From assembly GCA_965203805.1 (NCBI GenBank), contig OZ241917.1:5408001-5472000 (forward strand): 64,000 nucleotides of DNA, read 5' to 3'. Both the position numbers and the translations under genes were made by a program. Shown here piece after piece: positions 1-9,877 of the stretch. This DNA comes from Candidatus Latescibacterota bacterium (GTDB lineage Bacteria > Latescibacterota > UBA2968 > GCA-2709665). How positions within the stretch are numbered: position 1 is the stretch's first letter; each line of letters begins with the position of its first letter. The notes below the pieces were generated by a model, which worked only from the letters and a program-made list of their open reading frames with translations, ran no database searches and was not told where the DNA came from.

Positions 1-1054
1 CCTTGGCGAGCCGGGCATTCGGCTGGCCGAATACGTGGAATCGGGAGGCGCGATGCTCGTGGTGGGCGGACGGGCGGGATTCAACGGGGCGTACGCGCGG
101 TCGCCCGTAGCGCGGGTGCTGCCGGTCCGGTGTTCTCCGGACGCGAGTACGTATCGTGAGGCGTCACTCCGGCTGGAAGTGTCGCGGTCCGGCGCCTTGC
201 ATCCGATTCTCAGGGTCTCGGACGACCCCCTTTCGGACCGGCGGGCCTGGAACGATCTTCCTCCGCTTCTGGCATGCAACCTGAATGAAGGACTTCGACC
301 GAATGCCGAAGCCCTGATATTTCATCCGGTCGAACGCGCCGGCCTGGAAAAGATGCCGCTGGTTGCCGTGGGTCGCGCGGGCGCGGGCAAGGTGATGGCC
401 GTGACGTTCAGGACGTTCTGGCGTCTCGGTCTCATGATGTGGGGCGTCGGCAGGAACGACAAGGTCTCGAAGGCGTTCTGGGCGAACTCGGTGCAGTGGC
501 TGCTGAAGCGGGAGGACGTCGACCGCATACAGGTGGAAGTGGACAAACCGGTCTATCGCAGCGGTGCTCCGGTCACGTTCCACGCCCGTGTTTTCAATGA
601 GTTGCTCCGGCCGCAGGAAGGCGCGCGCGTGTCGGTCTCTGTCGAGGACGGCGACCGCGTGCGGCACACGGTGTTGGACGATGAAGGCCAGGGTCGCTAC
701 CGCGGGCAACTGAAAGCGGGCGCCCAGGGCGACTATGGATTTGAAGCGCGGGCCCGCATGGGCGACGTCGACCTCGGAAGCGGCGCCGGGCGGTTCACCG
801 TGGGCCGGTACAGCCTGGAGTTTGAAGACATGCGAATGAACCGGGATCTTCTGGAGGGTCTGGCCGTGCAAAGCGGTGGCGTCTTCGCGCCGCCCGATCG
901 CCTGAACGAGGTCCTGAACGAACTTGAACTGGCCCCCCAGCCGGTAGCCGAGGCGTACCGGACCCGGCTCTGGGGGAAACCCTGGCCGCTGTTCGTTCTC
1001 ATCCTGCTCCTTGGCGCGGAATGGACGGCCAGACGCATGCGGGGCATGATATGA
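1..1054 (+). CDS. C-terminal part of a membrane protein with a glutamine-amidotransferase-like (DUF1355-type) domain and Ig-like domain; 5' truncated by window
   Basis: GG-LLVVGG and FW-NSVQWL segments, C-terminal hydrophobic helix ending AEWTARRMRG; stop overlaps next ATG (ATGA 1051-1054). Confidence 0.6.
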   Translation, partial: LGEPGIRLAEYVESGGAMLVVGGRAGFNGAYARSPVARVLPVRCSPDASTYREASLRLEVSRSGALHPILRVSDDPLSDRRAWNDLPPLLACNLNEGLRPNAEALIFHPVERAGLEKMPLVAVGRAGAGKVMAVTFRTFWRLGLMMWGVGRNDKVSKAFWANSVQWLLKREDVDRIQVEVDKPVYRSGAPVTFHARVFNELLRPQEGARVSVSVEDGDRVRHTVLDDEGQGRYRGQLKAGAQGDYGFEARARMGDVDLGSGAGRFTVGRYSLEFEDMRMNRDLLEGLAVQSGGVFAPPDRLNEVLNELELAPQPVAEAYRTRLWGKPWPLFVLILLLGAEWTARRMRGMI

Positions 1055-2742
1055 ACGGGTTTGCGACACCTCGGACACCGTGGATTCGCAGCGGCGGATC
1101 CATTGCCGGCGGCTTCGTTGTGCTTCTTGCGGTGCTGATTTCATGGGGACCGGCCGAGGGTCGCGTGGTGATCAGCGAGGTGATGTTCGATCCGTCCGGC
1201 AGCGAGTTTTACGACGAATATATCGAGATTCAGAATACCGGCGACGGACCGGTGGATCTGGCGGGATGGAAAGCCGGAGACGGCGACGAGGCGGACGAAC
1301 TGGTCTTCGGGGGCGGCGGGTCCCTGCTGCAGCCCGGGGCATTCGGGCTGATTCTGGATGCCGGGTATTTCGCGAACTCGACCCGTTACGATCCGCTGCC
1401 CGCGGCGGCGCTGATCCTTACGGTCTCAGACGCCACACTCGGGAATTCCGGCCTGAGCAACTCGGCGCCGGAGCGGGTTGTGCTGGTTTCTTCGTCCGGC
1501 GATACCGTGGGCGCGATGGTCTACACCACGGGTAACAGACCGGGGTTTTCGGAAGAGAAAATCGACCCCGCGGGAGGCGACGGGCCGGATAACTGGACGG
1601 ATTCACGGTGGGAAGGAGGGACGCCGGGGCGCGCCAACAGCGTCAGCCCCAGGGACTACGACCTGGCGCTGGCGATGGTATCGGAATCGCCGTTTCCGGT
1701 ACCGGCCGGCGGGTCCCGCGATTTTGTTCTGGCGGTGGAAAACCGCGGTCGCCGGGCGGCATCGGTGTTTTCCGTGGCGGTTGAGGGAATCTCCGGTTGG
1801 CGCCGGGATTTCCCGGGCCTGGGACCGGCGGAAATCCTCCGGATCGAAGCGCCGATCGGAAACGTGCCGCCTGGACGGCACGAATACGCGGCCCGGGTCG
1901 CGTTCGATGCCGATGAGGACCCATCGAACAACCAGCTGACCTGGACGGTGCTTGGCGGAACCGGGCCCGGCGCCGCGGTCGTCAATGAAGTCATGGCTTC
2001 TCCGTTGGAAGGGGATCCGGAATGGGTGGAACTTCACAACCGTTCCGGGCAGGCGCTGGACCTGATCGCGTGGCGAATAGACGACGCGGCGTCCTCTGGC
2101 GGGACGTTCGGACGCGAACCCCTCCTGCTGGCGCCGGATGCGTACCTGGTGGTAACCGAAGACGTCGACCGGTTCTACAGCCGGTTCCCCGATCGGACCG
2201 TCCACGTTGTTGCGCCCGGGCGGTGGGCCCGCCTGAACAACAGCGGGGACGCCGTGGTCGTTCGGGATGCGACCGGCGGGGTTGTGGACAGGATGTCGTA
2301 CGACGAGGCGCCGGTCGAAGGGCGGTCGCTCGAACGGATATCGGGGTCGGGATCCGGGGATGACCCTCAGAACTGGTTGACGAGCACCCACCGGGACGGC
2401 GCGACGCCCGGCCGTGAAAACAGCGTGGCGCAGCGGAGCGGCATCGACGCCGTCCAGCTCCTTGCCGAGCCCAATCCCTTTTACGATCGGGTGGAAGTAC
2501 GCTACCTTCTTCCAGCCCCCCGCGCGCATGTGAATCTCTGGGTTTACGACCGGTCCGGCCACCCGGTCAAATCGCTCCTGAATGCCGCCGAGGGCGGAAG
2601 CCGGCGACGTGTGACGTGGGACGGGACGGGTGAGGACGGGGCGCCGTTGAAGCCGGGCATCTACATCTTATTTTTGGAGACTTCGGTGGAAGGCCGTATC
2701 TTTAGGACCAGAGCCCCTGTTGTGTTTGCGAGAGGACTTTAG
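1051..2742 (+). CDS. Secreted protein with two lamin-tail domains, a CARDB-like Ig domain and a C-terminal FlgD-Ig-type domain
   Basis: Signal-like N-terminus; VISEVMFDP..EYIEIQN and VVNEVM..EWVELHN motifs, each domain ending G(G/A)TPGR(A/E)NS; C-terminal PNPF...VYD.SG...WDG motif. Confidence 0.75.
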   Translation: MNGFATPRTPWIRSGGSIAGGFVVLLAVLISWGPAEGRVVISEVMFDPSGSEFYDEYIEIQNTGDGPVDLAGWKAGDGDEADELVFGGGGSLLQPGAFGLILDAGYFANSTRYDPLPAAALILTVSDATLGNSGLSNSAPERVVLVSSSGDTVGAMVYTTGNRPGFSEEKIDPAGGDGPDNWTDSRWEGGTPGRANSVSPRDYDLALAMVSESPFPVPAGGSRDFVLAVENRGRRAASVFSVAVEGISGWRRDFPGLGPAEILRIEAPIGNVPPGRHEYAARVAFDADEDPSNNQLTWTVLGGTGPGAAVVNEVMASPLEGDPEWVELHNRSGQALDLIAWRIDDAASSGGTFGREPLLLAPDAYLVVTEDVDRFYSRFPDRTVHVVAPGRWARLNNSGDAVVVRDATGGVVDRMSYDEAPVEGRSLERISGSGSGDDPQNWLTSTHRDGATPGRENSVAQRSGIDAVQLLAEPNPFYDRVEVRYLLPAPRAHVNLWVYDRSGHPVKSLLNAAEGGSRRRVTWDGTGEDGAPLKPGIYILFLETSVEGRIFRTRAPVVFARGL

Positions 2743-2901
2743 CGTCGCAGCCTGCAGGACCGGCCAGTCCCCTGCGCCGGCGTCTCGGTAGCCGATTCGG
2801 GATTTCCCGTGCGCTCCTGATCCCGCGAACGGGTGTCGTTCAGGAGCGGCCCGCGCATTCTCTCTCCCCCTGGACGCGACAAGACAAGGGTGGACCTTAA
2901 T

Positions 2902-5256
2902 ATGAGAAAGGAACCGTACGAAGTCATCGGCGAACAGGAAGATAAGCCGGATCTGGTCAATCAGATCTGCGGGGTGCTGTTATTTGCGGTCGCGCTGTTG
3001 ATGGCGGTAAGCCTGGCTACGCATTCCCCGCAGGATCCACCGAATTCGGGCCGTGCGCCGGAGCTGACGGAGAACATGGCGGGGTGGATCGGCAGCCAGG
3101 TTTCCTACTATCTTTTGTTTGCGGTCGGCCATTGCGCCTACGTGCTGGTCGCCATCGTCCTGATGTGGGGTTGGAATCGCTTCAGAGACCAGCCCGCACT
3201 GCCTCTTGTCTCCCGCAGCCTGGTGTTGCTGGCCCTGGTGGTGGTTTATTGCGGCGCGACGGGCGTGCCTTCGCGAGGGGAGAGCCACCTTTCGTTCCTG
3301 ATGGGCGGGTGGCTGGGCGTTACCCTGGCGTCCGGGACACTGGTCCCCTATCTGGGTTTCGTCGGGTCGTACATTCTGCTGAGCGCCCTGTTTATCGTGT
3401 TCTTCATGCTCCTGACAGGCCTTCGTTTTTCCCGGATTCCGGACTTGTGGGCGGCGCGCGCAAAGAGAAACCGGACCGGAGCGAACGGCGAGGCCGCATC
3501 CCTGCACCGGGAACCGGCGCGCAGCGAGGAAACCCGGGAAACGGAGTGGACGCAACCCGTCCTGCCGCCGCAGGAGGACGACCCCTGGAACGAGGCCGGG
3601 CCGGAACCCGTGGTCGCACCCGAAGAAACGACCCCCGAACCGTTTCCCGCTTACGACGACGATGCGGATGAACCGGAAGAGGAACCGGCGCCGTCTCTCG
3701 ATCCCGACATCGTTGCAGACCCCGTGGAAATTACCCCCGCGTCCCCTGCGAAGCGGACTGTGGAGACGACGGGAGCCGAAGACGTCGAGTACCGGCTGCC
3801 TGACCCGGAACTGCTGAACGAGCCCGCGCAAACGGAAGAGGGACCCGACCGGTCGGATCTGCTGGAAGGGGCGCAGACCCTCGAACACAGCCTCACCAGT
3901 TTCGGGATCGAAGGCAAGGTGGTTCAGGTGAATCCGGGTCCTGTCATCACCGGATACGAAGTGCAGCCGCCGCGCGGGGTGAAGGTGAACCGCATTGTCA
4001 ATCTTTCGGACGACCTCGCGCTGGTGATGAAGGCGCGAAGTATCCGCATACAGGCGCCGATTCCCGGCAAAGCGGCGGTGGGAATCGAGGTGCCGAATGC
4101 GAATCCTTCAACCGTCTTCCTGCGGGAGATTCTGGAATCCGACGCCTTTCATGGCGCCGAAGACAGGCTGATGCTGGCGCTGGGCAAGTCCGCCACCGGA
4201 GAGTCCGTCTGCACCAGCCTGGCTTCCATGCCCCACCTGTTGATCGCCGGCGCGACGGGCAGCGGGAAGTCGGTATGCATCAACGTGCTGATCACCAGCA
4301 TACTCATGCGGTGCCGACCCGATGAGGTCCGTTTCATCATGGTGGACCCGAAGATGCTGGAACTGTCGATCTACAACAGCATTCCGCATCTGCTGGCGCC
4401 GGTGGTCACGGAACCTCAAAAGGCTTCCGAAGCGTTGCGGTGGACGGTGGCGGAGATGGAAGACCGCTATCGAAACCTGGCTCAGTACAACGTCCGGAAC
4501 ATCATGGACTTCAACGACAAACTGGAGAAGATGCGGGCGGAGGCGGACACCGAAGAAGACCGTCGTGAGGTTGCCTCGAAGTTGCCTTATATCGTGGTTG
4601 TGGTCGACGAACTCGCGGACCTGATGATGACGGCGCCGGCGGATATCGAAGATTCGCTGGCCCGGCTGGCGCAGATGGCCCGCGCGGTGGGTATCCATCT
4701 CATCCTGGCGACGCAGCGGCCGTCTGTCAATGTCATCACCGGAACGATCAAGGCGAACTTCCCGTCGCGCATCGCGTTTCGCGTGGCATCGAAAGTGGAT
4801 TCACGCACCATTCTGGACTGCAACGGCGCCGAGAAGCTCCTGGGCCGCGGCGATATGCTGTTCATGCCCGCGGGCAAACCGGAACCCGTGCGCGTTCACG
4901 GCGCCAACATGACAACCGAGGAGACCGAACGCCTGGTGGAGTGGGTAAGCGGACAGGGCGTGGATCTGGAACAGCTGGATCTGGGCGTGGACGAAAACGA
5001 ACTGATGCTTGCCGAAGGGACCCGCGACAAACGGTTCGACGAGGCGCTGCGCCTGGTCGTTACGCACCAGCAGGGTTCGGCCTCGCTGCTGCAGCGCCGC
5101 ATGAAGGTGGGGTACGCCCGCGCCGCGCGTCTGGTCGATGAACTGGAGCAGGCCGGCATCGTCGCGCCGTCGGACGGCAGCAGCAAGGGGCGGGAGGTGC
5201 TGGTGGGCATCGAGTATCTGGACCGGCACGACGAGGACGATCCCGGTGCGGTATGA
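2902..5256 (+). CDS. ftsK: DNA translocase FtsK
   Basis: 4TM N-terminus, acidic linker, PHLLIAGATGSGKS Walker A, DELADLMM, ATQRPS, gamma domain SLLQRRMKVGYARAARL. Confidence 0.97.
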   Translation: MRKEPYEVIGEQEDKPDLVNQICGVLLFAVALLMAVSLATHSPQDPPNSGRAPELTENMAGWIGSQVSYYLLFAVGHCAYVLVAIVLMWGWNRFRDQPALPLVSRSLVLLALVVVYCGATGVPSRGESHLSFLMGGWLGVTLASGTLVPYLGFVGSYILLSALFIVFFMLLTGLRFSRIPDLWAARAKRNRTGANGEAASLHREPARSEETRETEWTQPVLPPQEDDPWNEAGPEPVVAPEETTPEPFPAYDDDADEPEEEPAPSLDPDIVADPVEITPASPAKRTVETTGAEDVEYRLPDPELLNEPAQTEEGPDRSDLLEGAQTLEHSLTSFGIEGKVVQVNPGPVITGYEVQPPRGVKVNRIVNLSDDLALVMKARSIRIQAPIPGKAAVGIEVPNANPSTVFLREILESDAFHGAEDRLMLALGKSATGESVCTSLASMPHLLIAGATGSGKSVCINVLITSILMRCRPDEVRFIMVDPKMLELSIYNSIPHLLAPVVTEPQKASEALRWTVAEMEDRYRNLAQYNVRNIMDFNDKLEKMRAEADTEEDRREVASKLPYIVVVVDELADLMMTAPADIEDSLARLAQMARAVGIHLILATQRPSVNVITGTIKANFPSRIAFRVASKVDSRTILDCNGAEKLLGRGDMLFMPAGKPEPVRVHGANMTTEETERLVEWVSGQGVDLEQLDLGVDENELMLAEGTRDKRFDEALRLVVTHQQGSASLLQRRMKVGYARAARLVDELEQAGIVAPSDGSSKGREVLVGIEYLDRHDEDDPGAV

Positions 5257-5345
5257 ATGCCGAGTGGCGAACGGCGAAGGGCGGAGCCCGGAGGGCGAGG
5301 GCGCGTACGGTGATCCCGCCAGGCAGTTTACTCGAGGGAAGGCGC

Positions 5346-6005
5346 ATGACCGTCGGCTGGCTTAAATTTCTGTTTTTCGCGTGCGCGGTTCTGTCGCCCG
5401 GGGACGCGCGGGGCATCGACGGCCGCGAGGTGATTCGCAGGCAACAGCAGCGGTACGAGAAGCTTACGAGCATCAGCGCCCGGTTCAGGAAAAGCCACTA
5501 CTGGAAGCTCGTCGATCAGAAAACGGAACTGGGCGGCAGCCTCTACGTCCGGAAACCGAATCAGTTCCGCTTCGAGACACGGGTCCAGACGGTGGTGTCC
5601 GATGGAGAAAGCGCCTGGAACTACACGCCGGAGAACGAACAGGTACTGCTGAGCAGCTACGATCGGGCAACGGGCGACAGGAGCTATGAGAAGCTGCTCT
5701 TCGATCTCATTCTGCTGGGAGGGTACGAGTCGCGCTACGACCCGCGGCTTGCCGGAGAGGAGCGCGTTGACGGGAGGCGCTGTTACCGCGTGGAATTGAC
5801 GGCCCGGGAGGAAGAGAGTTATATTTCACGTATTCGTCTGTGGATAGACAGAAAGCTCTGGCTGGTCCGCCGGGCGGAGTACCTGAATCTGAACGACGAT
5901 GTAACCACGTACGAAATCTCACGATTGAAGGTGGACGGGAAGTTGAAACCGGCTCTGTTCACATTCGTGCCGCCAGACGGTGTCGAAGTGATTGATCTCA
6001 GGTAA
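5346..6005 (+). CDS. lolA: Outer-membrane lipoprotein carrier LolA family protein
   Basis: Follows ftsK; signal peptide; KPNQFRFE, VSDG..W.Y.P...QV, FTFVPPDGVEVID. Confidence 0.85.
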   Translation: MTVGWLKFLFFACAVLSPGDARGIDGREVIRRQQQRYEKLTSISARFRKSHYWKLVDQKTELGGSLYVRKPNQFRFETRVQTVVSDGESAWNYTPENEQVLLSSYDRATGDRSYEKLLFDLILLGGYESRYDPRLAGEERVDGRRCYRVELTAREEESYISRIRLWIDRKLWLVRRAEYLNLNDDVTTYEISRLKVDGKLKPALFTFVPPDGVEVIDLR

Positions 6006-6050
6006 ATAAGAGGTCTGGCTCTGTTCTGTCACTGAAAGGAGTTGTCGGTT

Positions 6051-7167
6051 ATGGCTGTCGATCTGCAGTTTACCGATTTGAAAACCGGGTTGGCCGAGAG
6101 CCGCGACCGGATGGAAAACCTCCGGAGGTTTCTTTGACCTGGAAACCCGGGAAGCCCGGATCGCCGAACTCGAAAGGTCCATGGAGCGACCGGGATTCTG
6201 GGACGATCGGGAACGCGCCAGGCAGACCATCGATGAAGTGAATGGCCACAAAGATTGGGCAACCGGGTGGCGCGGGCTGGATGAGCGGCTCATGGAACTG
6301 GAGGAGTTGTACGATCTTGCCCGTGAAGAGAAGGACGACGAGACGCTGCGGGACCTTCGCCGGGAACACGGGGCTCTGGGTGCGGCGCTTGAAGAGCTTG
6401 AATTCCGGCATATGATGGGCGAAAAGGAGGATCGCCTGGATGCCATCCTGGCGATCCATCCCGGCGCCGGCGGCACGGAATCGGCCGACTGGGCGCAGAT
6501 GCTGATGAGGATGTACAGCCGTTGGGCAGAACGCCGCGGTTTCCGGGCGGACGTGCTGGACCTTCTTCCGGGGGAGACGGCGGGCATCAAGAGCGTGGTC
6601 ATCGAGATGAAGGGAGAATACGCGTACGGATACCTCAAATCTGAAATGGGGGTACACCGGCTGGTTCGCCTTTCGCCGTTCGATTCCGGCCGCCGGCGCC
6701 ATACATCCTTCGCGTCGGTATCCGTTTATCCCGAGGCGGAGGGCGATATCGAGGTGGAAATCCAGCCGGAGGATATCCGCGTGGATACCTACCGGTCCAG
6801 CGGGGCGGGCGGGCAGCACGTGAACAAGACCGACTCGGCCGTACGGATCACGCACTTTCCTACGGGCATCGTGGTTCAGTGTCAGAACGAACGTTCGCAG
6901 CACAAGAACCGGAACTCCGCCATGAAGATTCTCAAAGCCAGGCTGTACCAGCACTACAGGGAGGAGGAAGAGAAGGCCCGCGCGGAGATTGAGAAGGACA
7001 AGAAGAAGATCGAGTTCGGAAGCCAGGTCCGCAACTACGTGCTCCATCCCTATCAGCTCGTCAAAGACCTCCGGACCGGGTTCGAGACATCGGGTGTTCA
7101 GGGCGTCATGGACGGGGACCTGGACGGCTTCATGCGGGCGTTTCTGGAACAGAAGGGAGAGGCGTAA
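6051..7167 (+). CDS. prfB: Peptide chain release factor 2, translated via programmed +1 frameshift
   Basis: ATG 6051 reads 28 codons to CTT-TGA-C (6132-6138) with internal SD GGAGG at 6124-6128; +1 frame carries SPF and GGQ motifs. Confidence 0.97.
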
Positions 7168-7184
7168 CCTGCGGGGCAAAGGGC

Positions 7185-7213
7185 TTGACTTGCCCACATG
7201 TATTGATTATGTT
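7185..7213 (+). promoter_or_regulatory. Putative sigma70 promoter upstream of lysS
   Basis: TTGACT-N17-TATGTT. Confidence 0.5.
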
Positions 7214-7265
7214 ATTTTCGATTGCTTAATCCGGCGCTGGTGGGGATTTTTTGATATCGGGACAC

Positions 7266-7547
7266 TGCTGTCCAAGAACCGTCGGATTCTCAGAGATAAG
7301 GTTCGAAATATAGCTTCAATTGGCGATTTTGGACGGGTTTGACCCGGAAAATGAAAACCAGGTTGCCATCGTCTGCGCAATGCTGTCCAAGAACAAAGTG
7401 ACTCATCCAGTGGCCATAATCGTGCTGTTCCCGTCTCATTAAGCCCGTGAAATAGGCACTTTTTGAAACTCACGCTACCTTGGTCGAAGCGCTGCTTCGC
7501 GGAAGTGAACCAGATGCTGTCCAAGACAGAAATCGATTTTGGACAGG
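7266..7547. repeat. Three TGCTGTCCAAGA direct repeats paired with inverted TTTTGGAC(A/G)G motifs (MITE-like remnants)
   Basis: Copies at 7266, 7381, 7515; CGATTTTGGACRGG at 7324 and 7534. Confidence 0.65.
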
Positions 7548-7569
7548 TGTGATATCGGGAGGAATCCGT

Positions 7570-9114
7570 TTGGCTCAGGAAGGGGCGTCTTCCGCCCCGG
7601 AGACGCAACTGGTTGCCCAGCGTTTGCAGAAGCTGGCGTCGATACGGGAAATGGGCGTGGAGCCCTATCCGTACCGGTTCGAAGTGACCCATCGCTCCGG
7701 GGAAATAAGGGAGGCGTTTCAAACGCTCGAAGCGGACGGGCGGAACGTGTCGGTGGCGGGGCGGCTCATGGCCAGACGGGACCATGGCCGGTCGGCCTTT
7801 GCCGATCTCCTGGACGAAACGGGTCGGATTCAGATCTACGTAAGACGGGATGCGGTGGGCGAAGCGGCGTTCGATCTTTGGAAATTGCTCGATATTGGAG
7901 ATTTCGTCGGCGTCGAGGGGCCGGTATTCCGGACCCGTTCTGGCGAGATGACGGTGAAGGCGCAGGCTTTCGAAATGCTTTCCAAGGCCGTGCGGCCGTT
8001 GCCCGTGCCAAAGGAAGAGGTGATAGACGGCGAGAAGGTTGTCCACGATGCCTTCAGCGATCCTGAACTGCGATACCGCCGCCGTTACCTGGACCTGACG
8101 TTGAATCCGGAAGTAAAGGACGTGTTCCGGAAGCGGACGGAGACCTTTTCGGCCATTCGCGATTTTTTCGACGCGAGGGGTTTCCTGGAAGCCGACACGC
8201 CCGTTCTGCAGCCGCTGTACGGCGGCGCCTCCGCGCGGCCGTTTACAACGCATCACAATGCGCTGGATATGAAGCTCTATCTGCGGATCTCGAACGAGCT
8301 CTATCTGAAGCGCCTGATTGTCGGCGGATTTGAAAAGGTCTACGAATTCAGCCGGGATTTCCGCAACGAGGGCATCGATCGTACGCACAATCCCGAATTC
8401 ACCATGCTGGAGGCCTACCAGGCATACGCCGACTACAACGACATGATGTCGCTGACCGAGTCGCTGTTTGCTTCGGTCGCCAGGTCGGTTACGGGCGCGA
8501 GCACGGTTGTCTATCAGGGAACGGAGATCGACCTCAGCCCTCCGTGGCGGCGGTTGACCCTTCTGGATGCCATTGCGGAGTACGGCAACGTTCACGTGGC
8601 CGACGCGTCGGTTGAAGCGTTGAGGGAGGTCTGCCGAAGCCTCGGACTCGAGGTCGATAACGTTGCGCAGCGCGGACATCTGATGGATGAGATTTTCGAG
8701 GCGGTCGCACAGCCGCACCTGATTCAACCCACGTTTATTACGGATTATCCCGTGGAAATGTCGCCGCTGGCCAAGCGGCACCGGGAAAACCCCGAGCTGA
8801 CGGAACGGTTCGAGCCGTTCATCTGCGGTTGGGAGGCGGCCAACGCGTTTTCCGAACTCAACGATCCGATCGACCAGCGCAAGCGTTTCGAACACCAGGC
8901 CTCGCTGCTGGAGAGCGGGGATGAAGAGGCACAGGTTCTCGACGCCGATTTCCTGAGGGCAATGGAATATGGCATGCCGCCTACGGGCGGGCTGGGTTTT
9001 GGCGTGGACCGGCTCGTGATGCTCCTCACCAACGCGCGTTCCATCCGGGACGTCATCCTGTTCCCTCACATGCGTCCCGAGGAGGGCCGTCCGGAGACAG
9101 ACGGCGATGCGTAG
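7570..9114 (+). CDS. lysS: Lysine--tRNA ligase (class II)
   Basis: OB-fold N-terminus, RYRRRYLDL, FRNEG..HNPEFT, YGMPPTGGLGFGVDRL; TTG start after GGAGGA. Confidence 0.97.
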   Translation: MAQEGASSAPETQLVAQRLQKLASIREMGVEPYPYRFEVTHRSGEIREAFQTLEADGRNVSVAGRLMARRDHGRSAFADLLDETGRIQIYVRRDAVGEAAFDLWKLLDIGDFVGVEGPVFRTRSGEMTVKAQAFEMLSKAVRPLPVPKEEVIDGEKVVHDAFSDPELRYRRRYLDLTLNPEVKDVFRKRTETFSAIRDFFDARGFLEADTPVLQPLYGGASARPFTTHHNALDMKLYLRISNELYLKRLIVGGFEKVYEFSRDFRNEGIDRTHNPEFTMLEAYQAYADYNDMMSLTESLFASVARSVTGASTVVYQGTEIDLSPPWRRLTLLDAIAEYGNVHVADASVEALREVCRSLGLEVDNVAQRGHLMDEIFEAVAQPHLIQPTFITDYPVEMSPLAKRHRENPELTERFEPFICGWEAANAFSELNDPIDQRKRFEHQASLLESGDEEAQVLDADFLRAMEYGMPPTGGLGFGVDRLVMLLTNARSIRDVILFPHMRPEEGRPETDGDA

Positions 9115-9796
9115 CCTGCTGGAGGCTGCGGATCTGGTTAAACGATACCGGGTCGGCCGTTCGGAAATACAGGTGCTCAGGGGTGTCGCCCTTTCCGTCG
9201 CGCAGGGCGAAGTGGTTGCGGTGATTGGCCCTTCCGGCGTCGGGAAGAGTACGTTGCTCCACATATTGGGCGGGCTGGATCGCCCCACCGGCGGAACGGT
9301 TCACGTCGATGGCAACGACGTCTTTGCGCTGTCGGATACGGAACGGGCGCGGTTCCGAAACGAGTCGGTCGGATTTGTTTTTCAGTTTCACCATCTGCTG
9401 AACGATTTTACTGCGGAGGAAAACGTGATGCTGCCCCTGATGATCCAGGGGCGGCCCGCTTCCGAAGCGCGGACCGCGGCCGGGGAACTGCTGAATGCCG
9501 TGGGGCTCTTCGAGCGCCGCGATCATCTGCCCTCGGAACTGTCCGGCGGAGAATCCCAGCGCGTGGCCGTGGCCAGGGCGCTGGTCGGGCGGCCGAAGCT
9601 GGTGCTGGCGGACGAGCCTTCAGGCAACCTCGACGCGGAACACAGCCGGCAATTGCACGATCTGATCTGGCGGCTCGCGGGCAGCCTGAAACAGACGTTT
9701 GTCATCGCCACGCACGATCAGACGCTGGCCGGCAGGGCCGATCGGATCATTCGGATGGAAGACGGCAGCATCGTGGATGAGGGGCGCGGGGGCTGA
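9107..9796 (+). CDS. lolD: Lipoprotein-releasing ABC ATPase LolD family
   Basis: GPSGVGKST, GFVFQFHHLL, LSGGESQRV, ADEPSGNLD. Confidence 0.85.
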   Translation: MRSLLEAADLVKRYRVGRSEIQVLRGVALSVAQGEVVAVIGPSGVGKSTLLHILGGLDRPTGGTVHVDGNDVFALSDTERARFRNESVGFVFQFHHLLNDFTAEENVMLPLMIQGRPASEARTAAGELLNAVGLFERRDHLPSELSGGESQRVAVARALVGRPKLVLADEPSGNLDAEHSRQLHDLIWRLAGSLKQTFVIATHDQTLAGRADRIIRMEDGSIVDEGRGG

Positions 9797-9877
9797 AGCC
9801 GGGTCTCGCGGACGCAAGCAGGCGGTCGAGAGGTGGCCCTGCGGTCACATTATGAGGATCCAGAGGAGACTTGTCCC

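Noticed and set aside
7207-9288. 693-aa minus-strand ORF (and similar long antisense ORFs opposite clpC, bamA, heparinase and NHase)
   Set aside because: Shadow ORFs expected opposite GC-rich genes; no recognisable motifs
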